Shown piece by piece: positions 1-8,451 of a stretch of DNA of 64,000 nt. The notes under the pieces were generated by a model. The model was given only the letters and a program-made list of their open reading frames with translations. It ran no database searches and had not been told where the DNA came from. This DNA comes from Nitrososphaeria archaeon. GTDB taxonomy: Archaea > Thermoproteota > Nitrososphaeria > Nitrososphaerales > JACAEJ01. Numbering within the stretch: the stretch's first letter is position 1; each line of letters begins with the position of its first letter. Location: NCBI GenBank assembly GCA_029775875.1, contig JARVKD010000002.1, positions 3,007 to 67,006 of the forward strand, read 5' to 3'. The position numbers were made by a program, and so were the translations under genes.

Positions 1-1
1 T

Positions 2-529
2 TATCACTTGATAAGTGAAAAAGCCCTTTATGAGTTTACAAGAAGAAAGGCTAAAACCATAGTCAAGGTCGAGAATCCAAAATCCATTGAGTATGAATTT
101 CTTAGAGATAATATATTCCCATCTTTGCTTATAGTATTATCAAAGAACTTACATGAGGAGTATCCACAAAGAATATTCGAAATATCGAAAGTATACTCTA
201 AGGATTTAAGAACTCCTAATGGCATCAGAGAGGATTATCATCTTGCTACAGCAGTATCTCATTCTACAGCCAACTATACAGAAGTCAAATCGATTCTTAG
301 CTCTCTTCTCCTACAGACTTTTAATCTCAGCATAAATACCATTCCTACTAATCATCCATCCTTTACATCAGGTAGGGTTGCAGAGATAATTTCAGCAAAG
401 AATAAGCTTGGGATAATTGGAGAGATACATCCCTTAGTTTTAGAGAACTTTAAGCTAAGAAACCCTGTATCTGTCTTTGAAGTGAATTTGAGTAAAGTCA
501 TTGATATGGTAAAACAAAAAGCACTGTGA
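2..529 (+). CDS. pheT: Phenylalanine--tRNA ligase beta subunit, C-terminal fragment (5' end outside window)
   Basis: Frame is open from the window edge. The translation (VENPKSIEYEFLRDNIFPSLL...GRVAEII...GIIGEIHPLVLENF) resembles the C-terminal domain of archaeal PheRS beta. Confidence 0.8.
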   Translation, partial: YHLISEKALYEFTRRKAKTIVKVENPKSIEYEFLRDNIFPSLLIVLSKNLHEEYPQRIFEISKVYSKDLRTPNGIREDYHLATAVSHSTANYTEVKSILSSLLLQTFNLSINTIPTNHPSFTSGRVAEIISAKNKLGIIGEIHPLVLENFKLRNPVSVFEVNLSKVIDMVKQKAL

Positions 530-643
530 GCATAAATTTATGCCAATTATACATTCAGCAATTCTTCATCTCTTCTAAAACTAAGCCCAGCACTTTGATT
601 TAATCTTTCTCCCATTGGCAGCGATGTTGTATTTGATTTTATG

Positions 644-1069
644 TTACTTTGGAATCTCCGGTCTCTTGTGCTCATCTATGTAACGTTCCCAGTCTCTGAG
701 CAGAGACGAAGAAATCAGGAAATCAGCGGTGCTTCGGTTGCAGGCGATAGGGACATCATACAATACTGCCAAACGTAAAAGAGCTTTCACATCTACATCA
801 TGAGGTTGAGGAGTCAGTGGATCCCAAAAGAATATTATCATATCAACTCTCCCTTCAGCAGTCATCGCACCTACTTGAGCATCACCTCCAAGAGGCCCGG
901 AAAGAAGGAGGTTCACTGGCAATTTGATTTCTTCCACGATTATCTTGCCCGTACTCTCTGTGGCCCAGATTTCGAAATTTTTTATGATTTCTTTGTTGTA
1001 GGCTACCCACTCAGCTAAACTCTTTTTCTTGGAATCATGGGCTACAAGAACTATCCTTATCTTTTTCAT
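644..1069 (-). CDS. mgsA: Methylglyoxal synthase
   Basis: 141 aa. IVLVAHDSKK...GPLGGDAQVGAM...IIFFWDPLTPQPHDVDVKALLRLAVLYDVPIACNRSTADF matches the MgsA signature along its full length. Confidence 0.85.
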   Translation of the reverse strand: MKKIRIVLVAHDSKKKSLAEWVAYNKEIIKNFEIWATESTGKIIVEEIKLPVNLLLSGPLGGDAQVGAMTAEGRVDMIIFFWDPLTPQPHDVDVKALLRLAVLYDVPIACNRSTADFLISSSLLRDWERYIDEHKRPEIPK

Positions 1070-1280
1070 GTATAACCCTTAAAACACCTAACCTCTGCTT
1101 ATAACTCTTATCTTTGGTAAACATCTTGCTGGTTTTCTAGGCCTATGACTTGCCGAAACAAGGTATGCATAGAATAAAAAGTAAGAGAAAGAATCAGTTT
1201 CATAAAGACTAGTGTTATAAATTCACATTCAGAGTACTTTAAACGAAAAACTTAACCTATAGAATCTAATTAACATTTTA

Positions 1281-1367
1281 TGGCTCCTGTCATAAAGCTC
1301 GCTGACGGCCCTAGCAGATAAAAGATGAAGTATAGGGTTTACCCAGGCGTGCGACAGACAGGAGCTA
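1281..1367. ncRNA. Candidate structured RNA (long irregular GC-rich hairpin, family unknown)
   Basis: 11-bp terminal helix (tggctcctgtc / gacaggagcta), inner helices gctcgc/gcgtgc and ggcccta/tagggtt, and a GA-rich apical loop (agatgaag). It stands out as a GC-rich island in AT-rich intergenic DNA. No family recognised and the strand is uncertain. Confidence 0.3.
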
Positions 1368-1434
1368 CCAAAATTCATATCCCTTCCCTAAGGAATAGGA
1401 TTTGTTTATATCATGCAAAATCGAATAGATTCTG

Positions 1435-1974
1435 ATGAGTTCTTATTACGATGTATCTAGGTATCTTGATGTAAAATTAGAAAAGGTCTCTATGAGCAAA
1501 GAGCCAGAGCTAAGGCCGACGATATCCTCCCAAATAATGCTTCATAATAAATCAGACAGATTGGTAGAATCTGACAGCATCAAGTATGCGATTTACTTTA
1601 ATCTGCCAAAGGAAGATGGCAATTTAGAATTCAAGGTTGTAGCTCGTGGTTCTATTCTTACAAAATTCCTTATAGACGCTGGATCGAGCCTTCCCATTAC
1701 TCTAGAGGTTGAAATCCCTCACATAAGAGTACTTTATCTGAGCAAAATCATCCAATCATCGATAGAAGGCAAGTTAGAAATATATGCATTTTTTGACCAA
1801 ATTCCAGTTCCTTATCAACCTCCCTTTTCTAGAGATTACATCCTTACTCATGAGTACTTGCCAGACTTTCCTATCAGCGGAATGGTGTGTAAGTTTATTG
1901 AATTTAGAATCCCTATAGAAGAATGGAAAGTATTCGCAAAAAGAGTGGAGAATTTTTTCTTTAGCCTTAAGTAG
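1435..1974 (+). CDS. Hypothetical protein
   Basis: 179-aa ORF with no competing frame. No motif recognised. Confidence 0.5.
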   Translation: MSSYYDVSRYLDVKLEKVSMSKEPELRPTISSQIMLHNKSDRLVESDSIKYAIYFNLPKEDGNLEFKVVARGSILTKFLIDAGSSLPITLEVEIPHIRVLYLSKIIQSSIEGKLEIYAFFDQIPVPYQPPFSRDYILTHEYLPDFPISGMVCKFIEFRIPIEEWKVFAKRVENFFFSLK

Positions 1975-2039
1975 AAATAAGACAATACTTATATTCACAA
2001 TGAACACTATTATTCATTGCTATCATCAAGGTAAATGGT

Positions 2040-2456
2040 ATGATAGACTTTAAATCAAATCAAGATACTCTTCAAGAATTGATGCTATTCACGAAAAGAT
2101 TAAACGATGAATGTAAAAACGGTGCTTTAGTCGTGGTTGAGGGGCAGCGTGATGCAAAGGCCCTTGAATCGATAGGGTTTAATGGAGATCTGTTCTTGCT
2201 ATGTCATAATGAAAGCTTAGTAAAATTGGCCATTAAGGCTGAAAAGTACAAAAAGATAATTCTTCTTCTGGATTTGGATAAAAAAGGAAGAGCGTTAACA
2301 AAAAGGGCTGCCATGATCCTTCAAGAGAAGAGTAGAAAGATAGACCTATTCTTCAGAAGAGAATTGGCAAAAGCGAGTAAGGGAAAGATAAAGCATGTAG
2401 AAGAGTTGAGTCGATTTGGCGACTATCTTCAAAATTTAAATTATTTTAATACTTGA
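2040..2456 (+). CDS. Small Toprim-domain protein (UPF0292-like)
   Basis: 138 aa. VVVEGQRDAKALESIGF ... ILLLDLDKKGRAL fits the Toprim E...DxD pattern of small archaeal Toprim proteins. Confidence 0.65.
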   Translation: MIDFKSNQDTLQELMLFTKRLNDECKNGALVVVEGQRDAKALESIGFNGDLFLLCHNESLVKLAIKAEKYKKIILLLDLDKKGRALTKRAAMILQEKSRKIDLFFRRELAKASKGKIKHVEELSRFGDYLQNLNYFNT

Positions 2457-2540
2457 TTTTATTAACAAAATCGAGAATCCAAACTATTTAAAAAAGCAAA
2501 TCTTTTATTACAAAACAATTGGATAGATGGATCATTATAT

Positions 2541-4010
2541 GTGATTAAGATGAAGTTCTCATTCATAAACCCTGGAGCGAGTGAATCTTGGACTCATGTT
2601 ATTACTGCTCCAGCATCTTGGCCACCTTTAGGATTGTTATATATTGCTACTTTTTTAAAACAAAATGGTTTTGATGTTTCTGTTCTTGACGCTGCAAGTC
2701 AAACTTCTCTTCAAGATGCATTATCATGGGTTAAGAAAGAGGACCCAGACTTTCTAGGCTTTTCAACATTATCTAGCTCAGGAAGATCAGCTGCAATCAT
2801 AGCTGAGAAGGTTAAAGAAATCAATCCAAACATTAAAATCGCTTTTGGTAATTATCATGCTACCTTTAATGCTGAGAGAATTTTAAGGAAATATCCCTTC
2901 GTGGATTTGATAGTCAGAGATGAAGGAGAGTTTACATGCCTAGAAATAGCAAACTGCTTGGAAAAGGGAAAAGACATCAAAGATGTTAGAGGCATAGTTT
3001 TTAGAGAAGGAGATAGAATAGTCTTCACACCAGATAGGCCACTTATCAAAGAATTGGACAAAATTCCTTTTCCTGATAGAAGTCTGCTAAAGAAAGAATA
3101 CAGATCAACTCTAGCTGGATTAACTGTTGCTACGAAAAAGTTCACTTCTATGGTCTCTTCTCGTGGTTGCCCTTTCAATTGCACTTATTGTGCCTGTTCT
3201 CTATTTGCACGTCGAAGATGGAGGCCTAGGTCTCCAGAAAACATCTTGGAAGAGTTAGAGATGCTTTACCATCAAGGGTTTAGGCAAATAATATTCGTCG
3301 ATGACAACTTTGCCTTGAACCAAAAAAGAGTGATAGAATTATGCAATTTAATGAAGAAAAATAAGATCGATATGGATTGGGTCTGTGATGCCAGGGTTGA
3401 CTGCATATCCATGGATGCTTTAAGGGCTATGGCCAAGGCTGGATGTAGAATCATCTACTATGGCATGGAAAGCGCAAATCAAAGAATCCTCGATTTCTAC
3501 AAAAAGGGAATAGTACCATCACAATCTATAGCAGCCACCAAAGCTACGAGAAAGGCTGGCATTGATATCATCGTTGGTTCTTTCATAGTTGGGGCTCCAG
3601 ACGAGACTCGAGAAGAAATTCAAAATACCCTCAACTTTGCTCAAAAGTTGGATATCGATGTACCGATCTTTCATCCTTTAGAAATTCATCCTGGGACTCC
3701 TTTATGGGCAGATTTGGCATCAAAGGGGTTATTGAATGAGGATGAGCACTGGGAGAAAGGAGTCTATGCTCCAGAAATATCTCCTAAAGCCGTTCCTTTG
3801 AAAGAGATTTACAACATGATCTACTATGCATCTAAGAAGTTCTTGCTTCGATTAAGATACGTCAGTTTAAGCTTTATGAGGCTATTGAAAAGTCGCTATA
3901 AGCTTGGAATTGTGCATAATAATATAAGCAAATTTCTAAGACATAAATTCAGCCTTTCAGAAGCAATGGAAATTCCAGAAGGCTATAGAATAAAAAAGGC
4001 TACTCACTAA
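2541..4010 (+). CDS. B12-binding-domain radical SAM protein
   Basis: 489 aa. N-terminal Rossmann-like B12-binding region (LGLLYIATFLKQNGFDVSVLDA) followed by the radical SAM motif SSRGCPFNCTYCAC. The start may be the ATG at 2550. Confidence 0.8.
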   Translation: MIKMKFSFINPGASESWTHVITAPASWPPLGLLYIATFLKQNGFDVSVLDAASQTSLQDALSWVKKEDPDFLGFSTLSSSGRSAAIIAEKVKEINPNIKIAFGNYHATFNAERILRKYPFVDLIVRDEGEFTCLEIANCLEKGKDIKDVRGIVFREGDRIVFTPDRPLIKELDKIPFPDRSLLKKEYRSTLAGLTVATKKFTSMVSSRGCPFNCTYCACSLFARRRWRPRSPENILEELEMLYHQGFRQIIFVDDNFALNQKRVIELCNLMKKNKIDMDWVCDARVDCISMDALRAMAKAGCRIIYYGMESANQRILDFYKKGIVPSQSIAATKATRKAGIDIIVGSFIVGAPDETREEIQNTLNFAQKLDIDVPIFHPLEIHPGTPLWADLASKGLLNEDEHWEKGVYAPEISPKAVPLKEIYNMIYYASKKFLLRLRYVSLSFMRLLKSRYKLGIVHNNISKFLRHKFSLSEAMEIPEGYRIKKATH

Positions 4011-4050
4011 AGCTTTAAGAGAAATTATGAGAAAGAACTTTTAAATTCAT

Positions 4051-4677
4051 GTGAGTTTAAAAAATAGCGTAAAAAGTATTATGAGTGAACAGAAAGCAAA
4101 GAAGATCATAGAAGATGTAACTCTATACTTCGATGAGATGGCTAGAGCTCTAGAGAAGTCTATTATCGAAGAATATTGTTCTAAATGTCCAAAATCTAAG
4201 GGAAAAGAAGGCTGTGAGCTTCTCTCTCGTGAAACTGTTTTCGCACTATTCAATGGTATCTGGGATGGTTTAGTATCCTGGGCTTCGAATAGCTCATTAT
4301 CTTTAGAAGAATGGTGGCCGGCTTTGGTGTGTTTTGTCTGTCAGCTCACAGAGAAAAAGCCTATCATAAGGGCATCGAGTAAAGAGTGCATGAAACCTAC
4401 TGTAGAGGAAGGTGATCTAGTACTCATCAAAAGGTCCATCGATCCCCTTACTATAAATGTTGGCGATATAGCTGTATTGAGAGCGGGTCCAGGAGACTGT
4501 CATATCAGAAGGATAGTTGAGATAGTTAGGAAAGAAGGTTCGATCTATGTTAGAACGAAAGGCGACTTTGAACCAACCCCTGATGAGGGACTCACCTCAA
4601 CTGAAAGGATTTGTGGCATAGTCGTCCAGATCATTAAAAGAGACACAGAATTATGGAAAAAGTTGATGGGAAGATGA
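4051..4677 (+). CDS. Soluble signal-peptidase (S26B/S24)-like protein, Cys at the nucleophile position, Cys-rich N-domain (paralog 1)
   Basis: 208 aa. Box order KECMKPT / EEGDLVLIK / VGDIAVL / CHIRRIVEI / RTKGDFEPTPDE. The N-terminal half carries CSKCPKSKGKEGC and CFVC. No N-terminal TM helix. Confidence 0.55.
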   Translation: MSLKNSVKSIMSEQKAKKIIEDVTLYFDEMARALEKSIIEEYCSKCPKSKGKEGCELLSRETVFALFNGIWDGLVSWASNSSLSLEEWWPALVCFVCQLTEKKPIIRASSKECMKPTVEEGDLVLIKRSIDPLTINVGDIAVLRAGPGDCHIRRIVEIVRKEGSIYVRTKGDFEPTPDEGLTSTERICGIVVQIIKRDTELWKKLMGR

Positions 4678-4684
4678 TTTAAAA

Positions 4685-5323
4685 TTGCCTCAAGAGAATC
4701 AAAATCTAAGGGAAGCTGATGAAATACCAAGCGCAATCATGAAATACTTAGCAACCTGCCAAAGAGCCCTTGGCGATTTGTTAAATTCAATCCTAGGAAT
4801 CATCAGAGAAAATTGTGCTGACTGTGATATGAAGAAGGATTGTCCGCCATTTTTCATTTACGCTGAAGCTTACAGAGTCATGCTTATGTTTCTCCTAGAA
4901 TTCATTGCAAGACATGGCGTTGATGAAGAATTAGCAAAGGATGAAAAAGCCTTAGCGTTAATTAAGTGTGAAATGTGCAGACAAGTCACTGAAACGAATT
5001 CTTTCTTATTTGCCATGGAAAAGTGCATGGAGCCTTTGATCAACGAAGGTGACTTGCTGATCATAAAGCGAAAGTTACAGCCAGAAGAGTTGAAAGAGGG
5101 AGATATAATCGTTTACCCAAGTTTCAGATGGCTACAAGGCGGGAAAGTTCCTATATGTGTTGTCCATAAGATTACAAGAATCGAAGGAAATCGCTTCTTT
5201 CTGACAGATACCAGCGGTCATAAAGAGAGCGTCGAGAAACACCTTGTCTGTGGGAAGGTTGTTAAGACGATAGAAAAAGGAAGCAGTCTTTGGAAAGAGT
5301 TTTCACAGACAATTTCGATGTAA
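4685..5323 (+). CDS. Soluble signal-peptidase (S26B/S24)-like protein, Cys at the nucleophile position, Cys-rich N-domain (paralog 2)
   Basis: 212 aa and collinear with the upstream ORF: EKCMEPL / NEGDLLIIK / EGDIIVY / VVHKITRIEG, with a shared C-terminus (VCGKVVKTIEKGSSLWKEF vs ICGIVVQIIKRDTELWKKL). N-domain has CADCDMKKDC and CEMC. Confidence 0.55.
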   Translation: MPQENQNLREADEIPSAIMKYLATCQRALGDLLNSILGIIRENCADCDMKKDCPPFFIYAEAYRVMLMFLLEFIARHGVDEELAKDEKALALIKCEMCRQVTETNSFLFAMEKCMEPLINEGDLLIIKRKLQPEELKEGDIIVYPSFRWLQGGKVPICVVHKITRIEGNRFFLTDTSGHKESVEKHLVCGKVVKTIEKGSSLWKEFSQTISM

Positions 5324-5350
5324 TGATTGAGTTCTTTGGCATTTATAGTA

Positions 5351-5827
5351 TTAGACAAAGACCGACCTGATAAAGTCTCCAACAAAATTCGCTATAATTA
5401 CAACTATAATTGCAATTAACAAATGCTCTGTGATAACTTTCCAAGCTCTTGCCTTCTGCTCTTTTGCGAGATAGAAACTAAAGATTCCTAAAAGAGATAG
5501 CCCCCAAATAATGCTTACTATAACTGCAGTTGTCAGTGGAAATAGCAAGACAGGAACAATAAATGTAGTTGCGAAGATAAATTTAGTCAGAAAAGTGGAG
5601 ATCGTTGATTCCCATATTTCCCTTAACGTGTGCTTGCACTCTGATTCTTCAGATATATGAATTCCCAGTGCATCTGAAAATGCATCTGCTATAGCTATTA
5701 CTAATATTCCACCAATAACAGCAAGTTCTGAGCGGGTGCCAGAAGTCAGGCCTACCATTAATCCTAGAGTTGTAATTATCGCTGAGGTCAAACCGAAACT
5801 AAATCCAGTTTTTACTGAGTGTTTCAC
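5351..5827 (-). CDS. Small integral membrane protein, possibly VIT1/CCC1-family
   Basis: 158 aa with about 5 hydrophobic helices. AIADAFSDALGIHISEES resembles the VIT-family acidic loop. The assignment is tentative. Confidence 0.45.
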   Translation of the reverse strand: MKHSVKTGFSFGLTSAIITTLGLMVGLTSGTRSELAVIGGILVIAIADAFSDALGIHISEESECKHTLREIWESTISTFLTKFIFATTFIVPVLLFPLTTAVIVSIIWGLSLLGIFSFYLAKEQKARAWKVITEHLLIAIIVVIIANFVGDFIRSVFV

Positions 5828-5957
5828 TATAGCTCTATGCCTACAATCACCAATGTTGGAAGGGATATATATTTTTGCTTTCTCCTATGGAATCATCGTT
5901 AAAGCGCAAAGTTGAAAAGATCGTTCTAAAATCTTTTATATTGGACAGTAAAGTCTG

Positions 5958-6410
5958 GTGGTTAGATTGTCTAAATCAAAGTCTCCTAGAGGAGAAATGG
6001 CTGCTAGAAAATTGAGGAGGAAAAAGCAGAAGCTAAGATGGTCTGATAAGTACTATAAGCGTAGGCTATTGATGCTCGATAAGAAGGCAGACCCTCTTGA
6101 AGGTGCTCCTCAAGCCAGAGCCATAGTCTTGGAGAAGGTTGGAGTTGAATCAAAGCAGCCTAACTCTGCCATAAGAAAATGTGTTCGTGTTCAATTGGTG
6201 AAGAATGGCAAGCAGATAACAAGCTTCCTTCCAGGTGATGGTGCATTAAATTATGTGGATGAGCATGATGAAGTCGTAATTGAAGGGATAGGAGGCTCTA
6301 TGGGAAGGTCTATGGGAGATATACCTGGAGTAAGATGGAAAGTTTCTACAGTCAACGGAGTCTCCCTAAATATGCTCGTCTTGGGTAAAAAAGAAAAACC
6401 TAGGAGATGA
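5958..6410 (+). CDS. rps12: 30S ribosomal protein uS12
   Basis: [48 protein letters not shown] is the canonical S12 core. Confidence 0.95.
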   Translation: MVRLSKSKSPRGEMAARKLRRKKQKLRWSDKYYKRRLLMLDKKADPLEGAPQARAIVLEKVGVESKQPNSAIRKCVRVQLVKNGKQITSFLPGDGALNYVDEHDEVVIEGIGGSMGRSMGDIPGVRWKVSTVNGVSLNMLVLGKKEKPRR

Positions 6411-6414
6411 GATC

Positions 6415-7011
6415 ATGGCTGAAGAGAAGCTATTACTATTCAGAAAATGGGATATGAGTGAAGTTAAGGTTAAGGACAAGGGCTTAGAGAGAGTTATCTC
6501 TCTTAAACCTATGATTATGCCAACATCAATGGGAAGGCATGAGCATCATAGATTTGCAAAGGCTGAAGTGAACGTGGTAGAGCGCCTCGTTAACAATCTG
6601 ATGCACTTCGGTAAAAAATATGCCAAGAATACAGGTAGGATGGGAGGAAAAAAGGCAAGAGCCATAAACATAGTCAAGACAGCCTTCGACATAATTCACT
6701 TAAAGACTGGCGGTAACCCTGTAGAGCATCTTATTCGTGCTATTGAAAATGCATCTCCCAACGAAGATACGACTAGGATAAGCTATGGTGGTGTAGTCTA
6801 TCATCTTTCAGTGGATATATCTCCCTTAAGAAGACTTGATCTGGCTTTAAGGTTCATTGCAGAAGGAGCAAGAGAGGCTAGCTTTTCTAGTCCAAAGACC
6901 ATAGAAGAAGCCTTGGCAGATGAGATAATAATGGCTGCAAATGGGGATGTAAACAGCTATGCAGTGAAGAAGAAGAACGAGCAAGAAAGAATAGCCATGG
7001 CATCAAGGTAA
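6415..7011 (+). CDS. rps7: 30S ribosomal protein uS7
   Basis: 198 aa directly downstream of uS12. It has an archaeal S7 pattern (VERLVNNLMHFGKK...ISYGGVVYHLSVDISPLRRLDLALRFI). Confidence 0.9.
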   Translation: MAEEKLLLFRKWDMSEVKVKDKGLERVISLKPMIMPTSMGRHEHHRFAKAEVNVVERLVNNLMHFGKKYAKNTGRMGGKKARAINIVKTAFDIIHLKTGGNPVEHLIRAIENASPNEDTTRISYGGVVYHLSVDISPLRRLDLALRFIAEGAREASFSSPKTIEEALADEIIMAANGDVNSYAVKKKNEQERIAMASR

Positions 7012-7077
7012 ATTTCATATACATATCATTGAAATTTTAACCCTTACTTCATCGCTAATTTTCAATATGAAAAATTT

Positions 7078-7278
7078 TTACTTTCTCTCGTTTATCAATG
7101 TAATGATTCTTGCTATTGATCTTCTTATAGCCCGAATCTTTCCAGTCTCCTTTCTTAAAGTACCTCTTTTCGCTGCACTCTTTAACTTGACCAACTCAGC
7201 CCTTAGCTCAAATAGCTTTTCTTGAAGCTCCTCATCCTTCAATTTTCTTAACTCATCACTCTTTAGTTTCGGCAACAC
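7078..7278 (-). CDS. rpl29: 50S ribosomal protein uL29
   Basis: 66 aa. LRKLKDEELQEKLFELRAELVKLKS is typical of L29, and the gene follows uS3. Confidence 0.85.
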   Translation of the reverse strand: MLPKLKSDELRKLKDEELQEKLFELRAELVKLKSAAKRGTLRKETGKIRAIRRSIARIITLINERK

Positions 7279-7906
7279 CTTCTCCCTCCTTTTGAATACT
7301 CTCTTCAGGCTTCTTTTCTATGATTTCAACTTCAGGAGGTATAGCATCCTTTAAGGCGATTCTTACTTTTATCCCATAGAGCCCCATCTTAAGCAGTACA
7401 TGCCCCGAAGCCTCTCTTACAGCCTTCAATGCAGGATCTCCACTCTTAGGAACTACCCCTGCTCTATACTTCTCATAATGTGATCTTTCACTTCTCAACT
7501 TCCCAGAAATTATTATCTCTGCACCCATGGCACCAGCGTTCATTATAGAATTCAAAGCCCAAAGGGCAGCTCTTCTAAAGGCTCCGCCTCTTACAATGTT
7601 CTGGGCTATTCTGTTGGCCATGACCATGGGGTTAAGCTCTGGGACTTCTACTTCTAAGACTGAGATTTGAGGGTTTGGCAAACCAAACTTTTTTTCTATC
7701 ATGGATGTAAGGTCTCTAATCCCCATGCCACGTCTTCCTATAACCAAGCCAGGTCTTGTTACAAAGATGGTTATTCTTGTCCCTATAGGTGTCTTAAAAA
7801 CGTCTACTCCTCCATATCCTGCATCAGCCAACTCCTTCTGTAGAAATTCATCAAGTTCAGCACTCTTTGCATAATTCTTCATAATATTCTTAATGGCTGA
7901 CATCAT
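7256..7906 (-). CDS. rps3: 30S ribosomal protein uS3
   Basis: 216 aa with a KH-domain S3 pattern (VTRPGLVIGRRGMGIRDL...GAEIIISGKL). Flanked by uL22 and uL29. Confidence 0.9.
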   Translation of the reverse strand: MMSAIKNIMKNYAKSAELDEFLQKELADAGYGGVDVFKTPIGTRITIFVTRPGLVIGRRGMGIRDLTSMIEKKFGLPNPQISVLEVEVPELNPMVMANRIAQNIVRGGAFRRAALWALNSIMNAGAMGAEIIISGKLRSERSHYEKYRAGVVPKSGDPALKAVREASGHVLLKMGLYGIKVRIALKDAIPPEVEIIEKKPEESIQKEGEGVAETKE

Positions 7907-8367
7907 GCAACCTCCTTTCCTACTATCTCTATGTGTACTAAAGTATTGAATTTTGGCGAAGAACGACCAAAAGCTCTAGGCGTGTATCTTTTAACCTTCA
8001 TGCCTTTCATGACTGCGGCGTGTACTATGACCATCTTCTCAGTATCCAGTCCTTTAAACTCCGCATTAGCCTCAAGATTCTTGATGACCTTAAGAATTTC
8101 TTGTGCAGCCTTTACTGGGTAACCTCCAGCATGGAATCTGAATTGAGAGCTTTTATGTGGTACTTCTTTCTTATACCTTCTAAAAGGCACTGCTTGCTTC
8201 TTGTTTATCACGTCTTCCAAGAACTTCTTAGCCTTGGATATATTCATGCCCTTTATAAGGGCACAGACTTCTCTAGCCGCCTTTGGGGAGACATCTACCT
8301 CTCTCCCACTCGCTCTGACTTGCGTAAGTGGATCGTAACCTATGAAGCTATATTCGAATTCGGGCAA
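7903..8367 (-). CDS. rpl22: 50S ribosomal protein uL22
   Basis: 154 aa. ASGREVDVSPKAAREVCALIKGMNISKAKKFLEDV...HIEIV matches archaeal L22. Confidence 0.9.
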   Translation of the reverse strand: MPEFEYSFIGYDPLTQVRASGREVDVSPKAAREVCALIKGMNISKAKKFLEDVINKKQAVPFRRYKKEVPHKSSQFRFHAGGYPVKAAQEILKVIKNLEANAEFKGLDTEKMVIVHAAVMKGMKVKRYTPRAFGRSSPKFNTLVHIEIVGKEVA

Positions 8368-8451
8368 AGAATCTTAACCTATCTAAAATGGGTCGTATAT
8401 CATATAAGATAAATACTTTTGCATTAAAACCTCTTTAAAGAAAGAGCACCA

